Shown: piece by piece, positions 26,594-37,595 of the stretch
Numbering within the stretch: the first letter of the stretch is position 1
How the letters are laid out: each line of letters starts with the position of its first letter
Notes under the pieces: generated by a model
Told to the model about the DNA's origin: nothing
What the model saw: only the letters and a program-made list of their open reading frames with translations
Database searches by the model: none
Position numbers and translations under genes: made by a program
Source: Squalus acanthias
Taxonomy: Eukaryota
NCBI GenBank assembly: GCA_030390025.1
Contig: CM059432.1
Location: 94,738,001-94,802,000 of the forward strand
Reading direction: 5' to 3'
DNA length: 64,000 nt

Positions 26594-27818
26594 AATCTCT
26601 TCTAAATCGATGCAGGGAAGGTCAAATCAAATAGAACCTGCAAAGTGCTGCTCAGTAGCCAGAACTCCTTCACACAGCGTTGAATCTCTCCAGAAGTCTC
26701 TCTCTCTCTCTCTCTCTCAGGATCTCTCTCTCTCTCTCTCTCAGAATGAGTGGTGCAAAAATGTCTCCGACAAAAAAAGGCAGGAAGAGGCCGCCTTTAA
26801 ATAGCGCTCCCCCAGCCCCTTCCTGACTGCAAAACGTTCACCTCGTTGCTAGCGGCAGGCGGAAAGGAAGGGGGCGCCACTCAATATCCGGTCTGGGGCG
26901 CTACCGGGGCGTTGCATGCTTGGCTGATGTCACGATCTGCGGGCGCAGGAGATCGTGGCAGTAGTGTTTAGCGCTGCCGCAAAAACTCTGGTCAATTTTG
27001 CGAGCGGCACAAACATCGCCACGCCCAAGCGCTAGTTGCTTTCCGCCCCGTTAGCGCCCTCTTAGGGCGCAAACGGAAGGCGCTATTCAACTGAATTTTC
27101 CCCCCTAAAACCTTTATTTGTGTCTAGATCCAAACCACACTTCACGTAACACGAACAGTTGTTAGCACCAGGACCATAACTGGTATATTGTACCGCACAA
27201 TTGGACAATGATCCAAGCTATGCAAAAAATGCTCGGAAAAAAATTGCATTTCAAATCCTTTATTTGTAATTTTTTCCCCTGGCATGATGTTTTATTGAGG
27301 GAACATAGGGGTAAAAATTCAGTTGGTTGCGCCTCCCGTTAGCGCCTTAAGAGGGCGCTAATGGGGCACAAAGCCGCTAACGCCCGGGCGCAGCGATGTT
27401 TGCGCCGCTCGGGAACTTAACTAGAGATTGTGCGGCGGCGCTAAACCTTACCGCTGCGACCACCTGCGCGCGCAGATTGTGACGTAATTCCATGGTGCAA
27501 CGCCCTTGTGGCGCCCCGGAGCGGAAATTGAGTGGCGCCCCCTGCCTTACCGCCTGGCGCATCCAACGACCGGAAGACTGGAACGCTATCAATCGCTGTG
27601 GGGCTGGGGGGGGCGCTATTTAAAGGGGGCCTCTTCCTGTCTTTTTCTGTGGTCGACATTTTTGCACCACTCGTTCTGAGAGAGAGAGAGAGATTCGGAG
27701 AGAGAGAAAGAGAGACTTCTGCATTGACTCAACGCTTTGTGAGGTAGTTTTGCCTACTGATCCTAACTTCGCTGGTACTTTAGTTGCTGTCCTTCATTAC
27801 TTTGCTTGCAAAGAGAAT

Positions 27819-28979
27819 ATGGGGGCTGCACTGATTGGGGGCGTCGTCCTGCTCCAGCTGAATCGGAGGAGACAGAGACGCAGAGAGAGAGTGGCAATGA
27901 TGGCCAGACGGAGGAGGGCCAACAGGCGTATGTACAGGAGAGCTTACCCTCCCAGGGTATATCGTGAACAGCTCTCCTACATTCATATGTCTGAGGAGCT
28001 GTGTTTGCGAAGGCTGCGATTCAGCAAGGAGGTGGTCACTGAGCTCTGCCACCTGCTGCAGCCAGATCTGCAGCCTCAAATGAGGTCCAGGACGTCTCTG
28101 TCGGTGGCAGTGAAGGTCACAGTGGCTCTCAACTTCTACGCTACTGGCTCATTTCAAGCTGCTGCTGGGGACCTCGCCAATATCTCCCAGTTCGCGGTGC
28201 ATTGCTGCATCCGGCAGGTCACAAATGCCCTCTTTAAAAGGAGACGAGAGTTCATCTCTTTCCCCATGACCCCAGACAAGCAGCGTGACCGCGCTCTGGG
28301 CTTTGCGAGGATAGCGGGCTTCCCCATGGTGCAGGGCGCCATTGACTGCACGCATGTGGCTTTGCGTGCTCCGCATGAGAATGCCGAGGAATTCCGGAAC
28401 AGAAAGGGGTTCCATTCCTTGAATGTTCAGTTGGTCTGTGACCACAGACAGCTGATACTCGCTGTCAATGCCCACTATCCTGGCAGCTGCCACGATGCTT
28501 TTATCCTGCGCCAGACTACTGTGGCAGAACTTTTCGAGGCACCGCATCAGCCAGTTGGTTGGCTTCTCGGGGACAAGGGGTATGCATTGAGCACCTGGCT
28601 GATGACACCGCTCCGTACGCCCAACACCCCTGCTGAGCTGCGGTACAATGAGAGCCATCAAGCTACCAGGAACATAATTGAGCGCACAATCGGCATGCTG
28701 AAGCAACGGTTCCGCTGTCTCGACCATTCTGGAGGAGCCCTGCAGTACTCGCCTGAGCGAGTATCCAACTTCGTAGTTGTGTGCTGCATGTTGCATAACA
28801 TGGCAATCCTCAGGACCCAGCCAATGCCACCAGGCCTTGGAGCACCACCAGAGGAGGAGGAGGAAGAGGAGGAAAAGGACGAGGAGGATGATCATCAGCA
28901 GCACCAAGGCGGGAGGGTGGCCCACAATGGTCAAACTGCAAGGGCCGTCCGTCAACGGCTAATAGCAAGCCGCTTCTAG
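27819..28979 (+). CDS. Harbinger DDE transposase (HARBI1-like), 386 aa, intronless
   Basis: First ATG is at 27819, matching the H2 start MGVALI. Has an N-terminal HTH region, catalytic motifs GAIDCTH, LLGDKGY and NIIERTIG, CCMLHN, and an acidic tail. Confidence 0.93.
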   Translation: MGAALIGGVVLLQLNRRRQRRRERVAMMARRRRANRRMYRRAYPPRVYREQLSYIHMSEELCLRRLRFSKEVVTELCHLLQPDLQPQMRSRTSLSVAVKVTVALNFYATGSFQAAAGDLANISQFAVHCCIRQVTNALFKRRREFISFPMTPDKQRDRALGFARIAGFPMVQGAIDCTHVALRAPHENAEEFRNRKGFHSLNVQLVCDHRQLILAVNAHYPGSCHDAFILRQTTVAELFEAPHQPVGWLLGDKGYALSTWLMTPLRTPNTPAELRYNESHQATRNIIERTIGMLKQRFRCLDHSGGALQYSPERVSNFVVVCCMLHNMAILRTQPMPPGLGAPPEEEEEEEEKDEEDDHQQHQGGRVAHNGQTARAVRQRLIASRF

Positions 28980-29291
28980 GGGCCTTGCTGTGGAAATGGC
29001 TTCTGCCATTGCTAACAACATCAATGAACCCAGCACGCAACCCCTAAGCCGGCCAAGGCACCAATAATTCCAACCACCAACCATGTATATTTTGAATACA
29101 GAAACTTATTTATTTTACAAACTCTGTATGTTTCAATTCCTCATGACAAACTCATAGAAATAAACACAAAAAAACAGTCAATAACATAACTGGTTCTCAC
29201 AACCTGGAGATAATGTCCAAAACACTAAACAAAAGTTGGACCATGAACCTCGACCTTTAATAAAAAAATAACCAGCATTTTGTCACACCTC

Positions 29292-30268
29292 CTACTTTTT
29301 GCCCTTCGAGGGTGATCTCCTTCCGTTGCGCACTTCCCCCCTTCTAACCCTACTGCTCCTCCGTAATGGGACCTCAGTGGCTGCAGCAAGGCTGGTGAAA
29401 GGCTGCTGCTCGTCAGACCCTGACACTGCAGATGCCCCTGAAGGACGGCCTCGACCAGTTCTGGGCCTGGAGGGCCCGGCTGCAGACTGCACCAACTCTG
29501 CATGGGCGGCAGCAGTCTGTCCTACAGGCGGTGGCAAGTGCAGTGGAGAAGTGACAGTGTTGGCAGCAGGAATGCTGTCATCGTGAGAGAGGACAGCAAC
29601 TCCCTGCTCGCCCGACACACTGGCACTCCCACGGGGCAGCACTTCAGCATCCGGAGCAATCTGCTGGAGAACAGATTGCTGGCCTGCTGCGGCGCGGTGA
29701 CAGCCCCGGGGACATGTGCACGAACCATCGAGGTTGGCAGCAGTCTGTGCTCGCGTGGCCTCAATCTGAGTCTGCATGAGACCAGTCAGAGATGGGATCA
29801 CGGCAGCCAGTGACTGAATTGCAGCACTAAGCGTTAGTGTGGCATCCGCCTGTGCTACAGCGAAGTGCTCCACACTCCTTGCCAGTGACTCAATGCATTC
29901 GGGCACCCTTCCCACTGCACCCATGAGCTCAGTGTGCATGCCCGCCGCCTGAGTGTTCATTTCTGCGATCAGCCGCTCCTCCTCTGCGTCCATTGCAGTA
30001 GGAGTGTCTGGCATACTCTCCCTCTGGGGAGAAGGCCCCCGTTCTTCCCTACCCCCATGGCGTTGCTGCAGCCCGCTGGGTCCTGGAGCTTCACCCTCAT
30101 CAGACCCTTCCCCCCTGCTCCCCTCCAGGGAAGGCGTGTTCCCAGTGTGGGCATGGGCTTCCTCGGGAGAGGGTGGCACTGATGCTCCGGCTTCCTCTTC
30201 CTCCTCGGCTGCAGCTTCACTCCCAGTGGCAGCTTCAGGGCCCGTCTCCTCAGCTGGTGAATCACCAT
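29292..30268 (-). CDS. H3 Myb/SANT partner gene, exon 3 (977 nt, phase 1, includes stop)
   Basis: Acceptor cctgctttcag. The frame continues into ORF 29292-30179, giving an acidic linker, an Ala/Gln-rich helical segment and a basic NLS-like end RRSSRVRR...RRSPSKGKK. Confidence 0.85.
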
Positions 30269-30427
30269 CTGAAAGCAGGGAGGTACAAGAGTGGCTTTAG
30301 CGTGAGGACAGGGTGGCAGTAAGGGAGGAATAAGTGCAGCGAGTTAGCAAGTTGGATTGAAAGTGTCAAAGGCTGGTGTTGTGAGGGACAAGTGGAAGGA
30401 CAGAGGACAAAAAGGTGATGACCTTAC

Positions 30428-30590
30428 CATTGCTGTCCAGAACGGGGTCGGCGTCTCCAGTGGCGACGGGACCGATCACCCGGCTTGCCACAATCCTGTG
30501 GACGCGCTCCTCCAGATCGCTGAGGGGTTGCAGCTGAGGCCGCCCTCCACCTGTCCGTTGCTGCTGTCTCCGATTATGCGCCAGCTTGGC
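30428..30590 (-). CDS. H3 Myb/SANT partner gene, exon 2 (163 nt)
   Basis: Acceptor tttttcttacag and donor gtaag. Encodes AKLAHNRRQQQRTGGG...DPVLDSN. Confidence 0.87.
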
Positions 30591-30620
30591 CTGTAAGAAA
30601 AAGGACAGCATCTGAGTAAA

Positions 30621-30842
30621 TATACAGCCATGGTCTTGCCTGATGTGCCTCCCATAGGTGAATAGCCCTTACTGTATACAGCCATGGTCTTGCCTGATGT
30701 GCCTCCCATAGGTGAATAGCCCTTACTGTATACAGCCATGGTCTTGCCTGATGTGCCTCCCATAGGTGAATAGCCCTTACTGTATGCAGCCATGGTCTTG
30801 CCTGATGTGCCTCCCATAGATGAATAGCCCTTACTGTATGCA
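30621..30842. repeat. Minisatellite, 54-bp unit x4, in intron 1 of the H3 Myb gene
   Basis: cagccatggtcttgcctgatgtgcctcccata recurs at 30625, 30679, 30733 and 30787. Confidence 0.97.
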
Positions 30843-30982
30843 AAGTGTGGAATGTGTGTGTGTGTTTCATGAAAGGGCCATAGGTGTTGGATGAGTGTTG
30901 TGCATTGGGGTTTTAAGACCCTCTGGCCATAGAGTGAGGTTGAGATGGAGGGATGGAGAGGTATTCAGAAAAAGCCACTCAC

Positions 30983-31219
30983 CCTGACGACCCGAGTGAG
31001 GTCGTTGAACTTTTTGCGGCATTGAGTATGGGTCCTGGGCACCATGCTCCTGGAGGAGACGCTCTGAGCCACCTCCCTCCACACTCTTCTGAACTCGCGT
31101 GGCAAAGGCCTCCTGCCACTCTCAGGGAAGAGCATACATCTTCTGCGCTCCACCGCGCCAACCAGAGCATCCAAGGCCCGCTCGGTGAAGCGATGAGCTC
31201 GTTCTCTCACCCTCTCCAT
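30983..31219 (-). CDS. H3 Myb/SANT partner gene, exon 1 (79 codons, Myb/SANT-like DNA-binding domain)
   Basis: MERVRERAHRFTERALDALV...VWREVA...RTHTQCRKKFNDLTRVVR followed by donor gtgagt. Confidence 0.9.
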
Positions 31220-31967
31220 CCTTGGCAGCAAAATGGATTCACAGGTCTCTCCAGGCTGAGATTCAAGGCTGCAATGAGCAGGGTGTGGCTGGGGATCAAG
31301 TTGGCCCCCCCCCCGCTTTAAGAAGTGGCCTGCGCCAGTGTGTCTGTGTTCCCTCGCTAACTGGCAGCAGCTGCGCTGCGCTCGCGCGCTGAGTTAGCGC
31401 CTCACTGCTCGGCCTTTGCGCCTTAAGACAGGTGTGCAGAGCCTGATTTAGCGCTCCACTCACCTCCCGGGGCGGTAAAAGTGAAGTTTCCAGTCAGTGG
31501 CGATAATTAGCGCCAGGCGCTAATATTTGCGTCCAGACGATATTTGCGCCCCAAATGGGGCGTGACCTAATTTTTCCCCCATAGCGTTTTAAAGAACCTA
31601 AATGTCAGTTTATTATAGGTGGACTCAAGCCAAATAATTAGAGAATACAGCACAATATATCATTCCAATTGTAACTGCACCAATATAACAAGAACAGTGT
31701 AAAAAAATTTCATAATACCACTGAAAAACATGAGTTGGATCACTTAATTTATGGAGCTAATTGCTCCAAATTCACCATGACTTTTACACTGTGTGACCAT
31801 GGCAATCAATTGTACTGCTGTAAAAACCATCCTGCCAATTTAGCAGCTCATACAAATGTGGGTGGCAGCACAATTTATTCACTATTATATGGTAAAGTTG
31901 CAACAGAGTTAATGAAATGTAAAAAAGGCCAGGCTCCTGATTTCTGTGCGACAGTTAATATTGGATT

Positions 31968-32118
31968 CTAGGATATTGGACTCTCGGGGAATCAAAGCAT
32001 ATGGGGATCGGGCAGGAAAGTGGAGTTGAGATCGAAGATCAGCCATGATCTTATTGAATAGCGTTGCAGCTCGAAGGGCCGTCTGGCCTACTCCTGCTCA
32101 TATGTTCTTATGTTCTTA
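31968..32118 (+). mobile_element. CR1 3' UTR fragment
   Basis: Matches 2725-2875 and ends in a (tatgttct)n tail. Confidence 0.8.
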
Positions 32119-32965
32119 TTAGGTCAGTGAAAAGCTGTTGTGTGGTAGATTGGGCTGGGGCACTGTCGTGCAGTAGGACATGATTTCTCAACCAAATAAG
32201 TTCCCATTCTTCAGAAGGACTTTTGAGATGTGGGAAGGGAGTATGCATCAAATTTGTAAAACAGCTTCCCAGTGGGAGGGAGAGAAAATCAGTAAGTGAC
32301 TACTGGAGTATCTCTTTAGCAGCCAGTTTAAGAGTGAGATTGGCAGAGGTCTGACAGCAGTGCATTTACTCATCCAGTAGGCCATAAAATGATGCATACT
32401 GTGAGAAGATCTAAAATCAAGAGGGAAATAAAGCATAAATAGAGAGGTTATATAGAGATTAATGGAAAGCTGAAAGTGATTATTAAATTGTAATCCTATC
32501 AAGGTTTCAGAGGATGTCATAAACCATGCGAACACAGCTTGTAGCTCTAAATTTCAACTACAACACTAACTTTCATTTATACAGCCGCCTTAATATAAAA
32601 AAACATACCAAGGTGATTCTTCGAAGTGAAAAAGAATGCCAAGAATTAGTTGGATTGAAATTAGCGAAGGTGACCGAAGACGAGATTAAAGTTCCAGAGT
32701 GTTGGGTCAGATGGTTGAAGGTTCTGAGGTAGGATGCAGAGGAAGCTGGAGTCAGGAGAGTGGAGGGTACACATTGGCACATAGAGCTAGATAATGAGAT
32801 GCAGGTAAGACCATGAAGGAATTTGTAAATCAGGATGAGGATTTTGAATTTAATGTGTGGGGGTGAGGAGCTAAAGGATATTGGTAAGAATATTGCTGAC
32901 AGGGGAGCAGGATTTAGTGCAGGATAGGATGTTGTCAGCCGAGGTTTGGTTCACTCAGAGTTTAT

Positions 32966-33730
32966 GGCCGAAATTTTTACCTGTGAGGCGAGTCGGTTGC
33001 GGGGGGGCTGCGTAGCGTGTCGGCCTCATGCAGCACTCGGCAGCGGGCTGTCCACCGTCTCTTTAACTGAATTGGATCAATTGAGTTAGGCCTGTGGGTT
33101 TCCTGGCCAATTAAATGGAGCGGGTCTGATGACATCATCGATGATTCGCCTTGAGCTCAGATATTTAAAGGGGCCTTCCACACATCACACTTGAAGGTTG
33201 TTGGAGGAGGATCAGAGCTCTTTGGCAGAGATGTGGTTGTTCAGAAACTAAAGATTTTCCATCTGAGGTTTGAGGGAAGCATGCAGTCCCAGCGGCAGAA
33301 GGCAGCGCCCAAATTCTTTTATTCCTCCCTGGAAGTCCAGCTCCAGGGAGTTCGAGCACGCAAGGACATCCTGTTCCCTGGGGATGTATGCAAGAGACCT
33401 TCCAGTGAGACCAAGGGGGCATGGTTGGCGATCGCGGAGGAGGTCAGCAGCAGGGATGTAGTCAGGCAGTCCCGGATCCAGTGCCGCAAAAGATTTAATG
33501 ATCTCATGAGGTCTGGAAAGGTGAGTATAATGCCACATTCAACTACATGCTAACGTGTGTGTCACCCCCAACTCTGTCACTCTGCCTTCCCAAACCTACT
33601 CCTGCACGTCAATCCTCACGCCGACCTACCTTGTAAGATGCACCCATCCCTCACTCTCTTTGCACCTACTCACATCCCCATCAGACTAACCACCACTGAC
33701 ACTCGTCCTCACCCTAATGCAATTATAGGA
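32966..33730 (+). mobile_element. Truncated second-family Harbinger end with Myb/SANT exon 1 (33281-33520)
   Basis: Starts ggccgaaatttttac. Encodes MQSQRQKAAPKF...AWLAIAEEVSS...QCRKRFNDLMRSGK|gtgagt. Homologous to 18988-20800. Confidence 0.8.
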
Positions 33731-33816
33731 AGTAACGCCACAGAAGGAGGCCACAAAATGGTGTCAGCCAGAGCCTTTCCCTTAGGCAAGGAAGCAGGTG
33801 TAGTGTGTGAGTATTT

Positions 33817-34545
33817 GGGGAGAAATTTGGGAGCGCCCCGTTTGGGGCGTTAACTTTTGAAAACTGGAAAAATTAGCGCCAAGTGCTAATGGTTCTCAGC
33901 ATTCTCTAAATTCGGTATTAGCGCTCCAGGAAGGAAGTGGAGCGTTAAATCAAGGGCTCCACTTCCTTCTTGGAGCACTAAATGACACAGGTGGGGCGGT
34001 AGCGCTGCCGAGATCCGAGGCTCCTTTCCTCCCTTAAAGGGAATGGCCATCGCTGTAGGCTCTGCATTGGGACCAGTTAGCTGGTCCCCGATGGCGGCAG
34101 CGATCCGGCCCGATCAGCCCCATGTACTCCAGCAGAGTGCCGGGCTAATCGATCGCGACCGAAGAAAAATGGAAAAAATTGAAATAATGCATTGCAACAA
34201 TTTTTATGCTTACCACGCCAACATCCTCTTTAACTTGCACGCCTGAAGCGCCCAACCTCCCGAACAATGCCTCCTGCAGCTGCCGGTGTTGTCGCCCAGC
34301 GATGCTGCAGGGGGCGGAACCAAAGTTCGGGTCCGGGGCGCTACCGGGGCGATATGCAGGACAATGACGTCATGATCTCTGGGCACAGGAGATCGTGGCA
34401 CAATGTGTTACCGCCGCCGCAAACCTCTCGGCCAATTTAGCGGGAGTTGTTTATTTTGCTGCGCCCGGTCGGTAAGTCATTAGCGCTCTGTTATCGCCCC
34501 CTGGAGGCGATAACGGGAGGCACTAAAGACGTCAATTTTTCGGTC
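33817..34545. mobile_element. Older Harbinger MITE related to 15898-16636
   Basis: Degenerate TIRs ggggagaaattt / aatttttcggtc, multiple tagcgc motifs, and a shared ggggcgctaccg...gacgtca block. Confidence 0.75.
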
Positions 34546-34689
34546 TTTATGTGCTTTTTCCAGCTGTCACTTAATGAACTTGCACAATGGCCACTGAGCT
34601 TCCGCCTCCCCATCACAGGCAAGGTTCCTGAGGTGCGTGAATCCCGTGCGCAACCAGTTAAAGTTCAAACCTGACATTAAAAAGGCAAA

Positions 34690-34770
34690 ATAACAACAGA
34701 AAACGCTGAAAAAACTCAGCAGGCCAGGCAACATCCGTGGAGAGAGAAACAGAGTTAACGTTTCAGGTCG
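34690..34770 (-). mobile_element. Penelope terminal fragment
   Basis: Near-identical to 48047-48122. Confidence 0.7.
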
Positions 34771-35455
34771 AAAGGCAATTAAAAAGGCAATTAAGGGTCT
34801 GTAAACGAGCAGTTAACAACCTCAATGAGGTCGCCCACCACTCCCGAGTGGGTCCGTGGCACGCCTCGAAACACGCCCCAGTGAAAGGCGGAAGTCAGCG
34901 GGATGATGGCGAGTTCCCGACGCGCTGTCAATTTCAGCGCTTTTAACCGCCGACCCGCTCCCAAACCCGCAGGCTCTGTAATGTGAAAATTCCAGCCTAT
35001 GTATCGTGAAGCATGGGAGAGCAGCAAAGCGTTTACAGAAGTCATACCTGGAAGTAACAAATTCATAGTTGAGAGTTTCAGCAGCAGTGTTTATGATGTA
35101 AAGGACAGAAGCAGGCAATGAAGAGGTGGAAGTAGGGGGTCTAAATTTTGAAATAGAATTGCAGTCCAATAGTCCCTCTATATATCCCTTGTCTTTCACA
35201 GAATGTCATTTGGAGATGGTGGGGACTGTTTAATTTAGTCGTTGTTACTTTCCTCACAGTCAGGTGTCAAGTTGGAGGTTTTGATGGCCAGGACATTTCA
35301 TGCAGTTAATGTTTGATGATACCATTACTGAATAATTCAAACTGTGCTAATAATCATAAGAAGTTTGCTGGAATTTAATCTACAGTTGATTACTGACTAT
35401 GTTATTATGAAAATTTAGAGGAATGAGATAGCAATAAATAACGAACAAGATTATT

Positions 35456-36205
35456 GGCCCAGATATTCCAATCCCTAAGGGTGTGTGCGCGCTGTGTACC
35501 CACCCGTAGTGACATCGGAAATGCCGGTTTCAGGCATGCACAGCGCAGTCGCTGAAAACCGGCATTTCCGATCTGTTAAGAATGCTCTTGACAGATCGGA
35601 CGCCTGCCCTGGAGAAGGGCTTCTGCGGGCGGATAGTTCCGCTTTCTGGAGACCCTCCGCCTGCAGAAAACCTTTAGAATTCTTACGCCTGGTAAAAGCA
35701 GACGTAAGGCCTGCTTTTACCAGGATAAGAGTTGAAAAAAGTAAAAAAAAATGTTCAGTCATTTATCATTTAAAAATACTTTAAAAAAGTAAGTTTATTT
35801 TTAGCCCTGTAAAAAACTTTAATTATTATTTATTAATTAAATTTTTCTTTAAAATATTTAATTTATTGTAATTTCAACTAATTTTAAAAATGCGATTTAA
35901 AAAAAAAATTATTTAATGTTTTCAAGTGTTTTTGGGGTGATCTCCATTCATATATTTGACAGGTCTATCTGTCAAGTGTATGAAGGGAGATTCCCTTCTT
36001 TGATTGGCTCCCCATGGCCCACGTGATCCTAGGGACGCTTGCGAACCGAATGTGCTCCTGGGATACGTGGGCCCTGCACACTTGGAGTTTGCGAGGCCCA
36101 GCATCGGAACTATACGCACCTCGGGAGCCCTCAGGTAAGTGCGTAGATTTTTGCCAGATCGGAGGCTTCCGCACGCGGGAAGCCGCCGATCGGAAAATAT
36201 GGCCC
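35456..36205. mobile_element. Non-autonomous TIR element (Harbinger-like MITE) with AT-rich core
   Basis: Ends ggcccagatattcc / ggaaaatatggccc. Related, in opposite orientation, to 63109-63875. Confidence 0.75.
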
Positions 36206-37595
36206 TATAACTTTAAAAAGACTAAATTTAAAGAGATGAGGGCAGAATTGAAACAAGTGGATTGAAGGAGGGTGTTTGTAAACTTTTCAGTAGAAAATAA
36301 ATGGAACATGTTTAAAAGAATAATAGTGGACATGCAGTACAACGACATACCTAAGATCAACAAGCTCAAACTAAGCATAATCCTAAATAGATTAACAAAC
36401 AAATTGAAAGTGAAATAAAGAGGAAAAATAAGCTCCACAAATCTTGCAGGGAGAAAGGAAAAGGGACTTACTAGGATGAATATAGGATCATACCTAAACT
36501 CTGTTGGACTCTAGGTGAATCAAGGGATATGGGGATCGGGCAGGAAGGTGGAGTTGAGGTTGAAGATCAGCCATGATCTTATTGAATGGCAGAGCAGGCT
36601 CGAAGGGCAGTATGGCCTATTCCTGCTCCTAATTCTTATGTTCTTATGTTCTTAAACAAGTTAAAAGCATGATCAGAGGGGCTAAGAGAGTCCTAGAACA
36701 AAAACATACTGTGGAGGAAAATATAACAGTAAAATATTCTTTCAGGACTACAATAGCAAGAGGGCTGTCAGAGAAGAGGTGAGAACATTAAAAGATGCAA
36801 ATGAACTTGAAACTATTTATGAAAACAAGATCGTAAATATTCTGAATAATTACTTCCTCAAAGTATTCACAAGGGAAGACAAAGAACATACCCTCCTCTA
36901 AAAAGGCATGATTCAACTGTTGATATAAGTGTTCTAGACAAGCTGAAAGGGTTTAAAATAAATAAATCCCCAGCATTTATCCTAGACTGTTGAGAAAGAC
37001 TAGTGAGGAGATTTACAAGGCACTGGCAATCATCATGAGGGTATCAATGGACCCTGGGGTAGTACCAGTAAATTGGAAACAGGTTAACAGAGTGCCCATA
37101 TTCAAAAATGGGGACAACACAGACACAGCAACTACAGACCCATGTAAAATAAGGGAATTGATTATCAGGAGTAATCTAATTGGCTTTAGATGGCGAAGAT
37201 CCTGTTGACCAACCTGTTTGATTTCTTTGAGGAAGTGACAAACCAAGTTGGCAGTGGAAAACCCACTGGCATTGTGTACTTAAACCTGCAAAAGACATTT
37301 GATAAAGTTCCACATGAAAGATTACTAATTAAGCTCAAAACTACGGGGATTCAAGGCAAATTTTGGTTGTGGATAAGAAACTGGATGAAAGGTAGAAAAC
37401 AATGGGCACTAGTTAGAGGGGTGCCCGAGTACTCAGTGTTGGGACCACTACTATTTCTGATTTATATCAATTACTTGGATTCTGAAAATCAATGCAAATT
37501 GGTTAAATTTGCAGATGATACCAAACTAGGCAGAGCAGTGAAATTGAAGGAGCCAGCCCAGAAACTACAGAATGATCTTAACAAAATATGTGTTT
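36206..37595 (+). mobile_element. Degraded CR1 ORF2, with a CR1 3' fragment inserted at ~36500-36653
   Basis: Peptides YNFKKTKF, LTNLFDFFEEVT, FDKVPHERL and KFADD. Confidence 0.85.

Larger units (their letters stand above)
23019..27105. mobile_element. PIF/Harbinger copy H2 (full length, decayed)
   Basis: TIRs gggggagaaattc / gaattttcccccc. TSD TAA at 23016-23018 and 27106-27108. Confidence 0.95.
27308..31580. mobile_element. PIF/Harbinger copy H3, apparently intact autonomous element (4273 bp)
   Basis: TIRs ggggtaaaaatt / aatttttccccc. TSD ATA at 27305-27307 and 31581-31583. Both genes have open frames. Confidence 0.95.

Noticed and set aside
27750..27818. N-terminal extension of the transposase in the ORF track (409 aa)
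   Set aside because: It starts at TTG. The H2 homologue begins at the ATG equivalent to 27819.
28149..28955. Long antisense ORF (268 aa) and similar shadow ORFs (25997-26605, 10109-10726, 17530-18051, 29299-29586)
   Set aside because: These are opposite-strand shadows of GC-rich TE coding sequence with no recognisable motifs.
30621..30842. Regular direct repeats suggesting a CRISPR array, or a repeat protein (ORFs 30476-30817, 30574-30870)
   Set aside because: Units are contiguous with no unique spacers, there are no cas genes, the context is eukaryotic, and the array lies in an intron.
27819..31219. Domesticated host genes HARBI1 / NAIF1
   Set aside because: The genes are flanked by TIRs and a TSD and occur in several decayed copies in this window, so they are transposon genes. 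No gene symbol was assigned.
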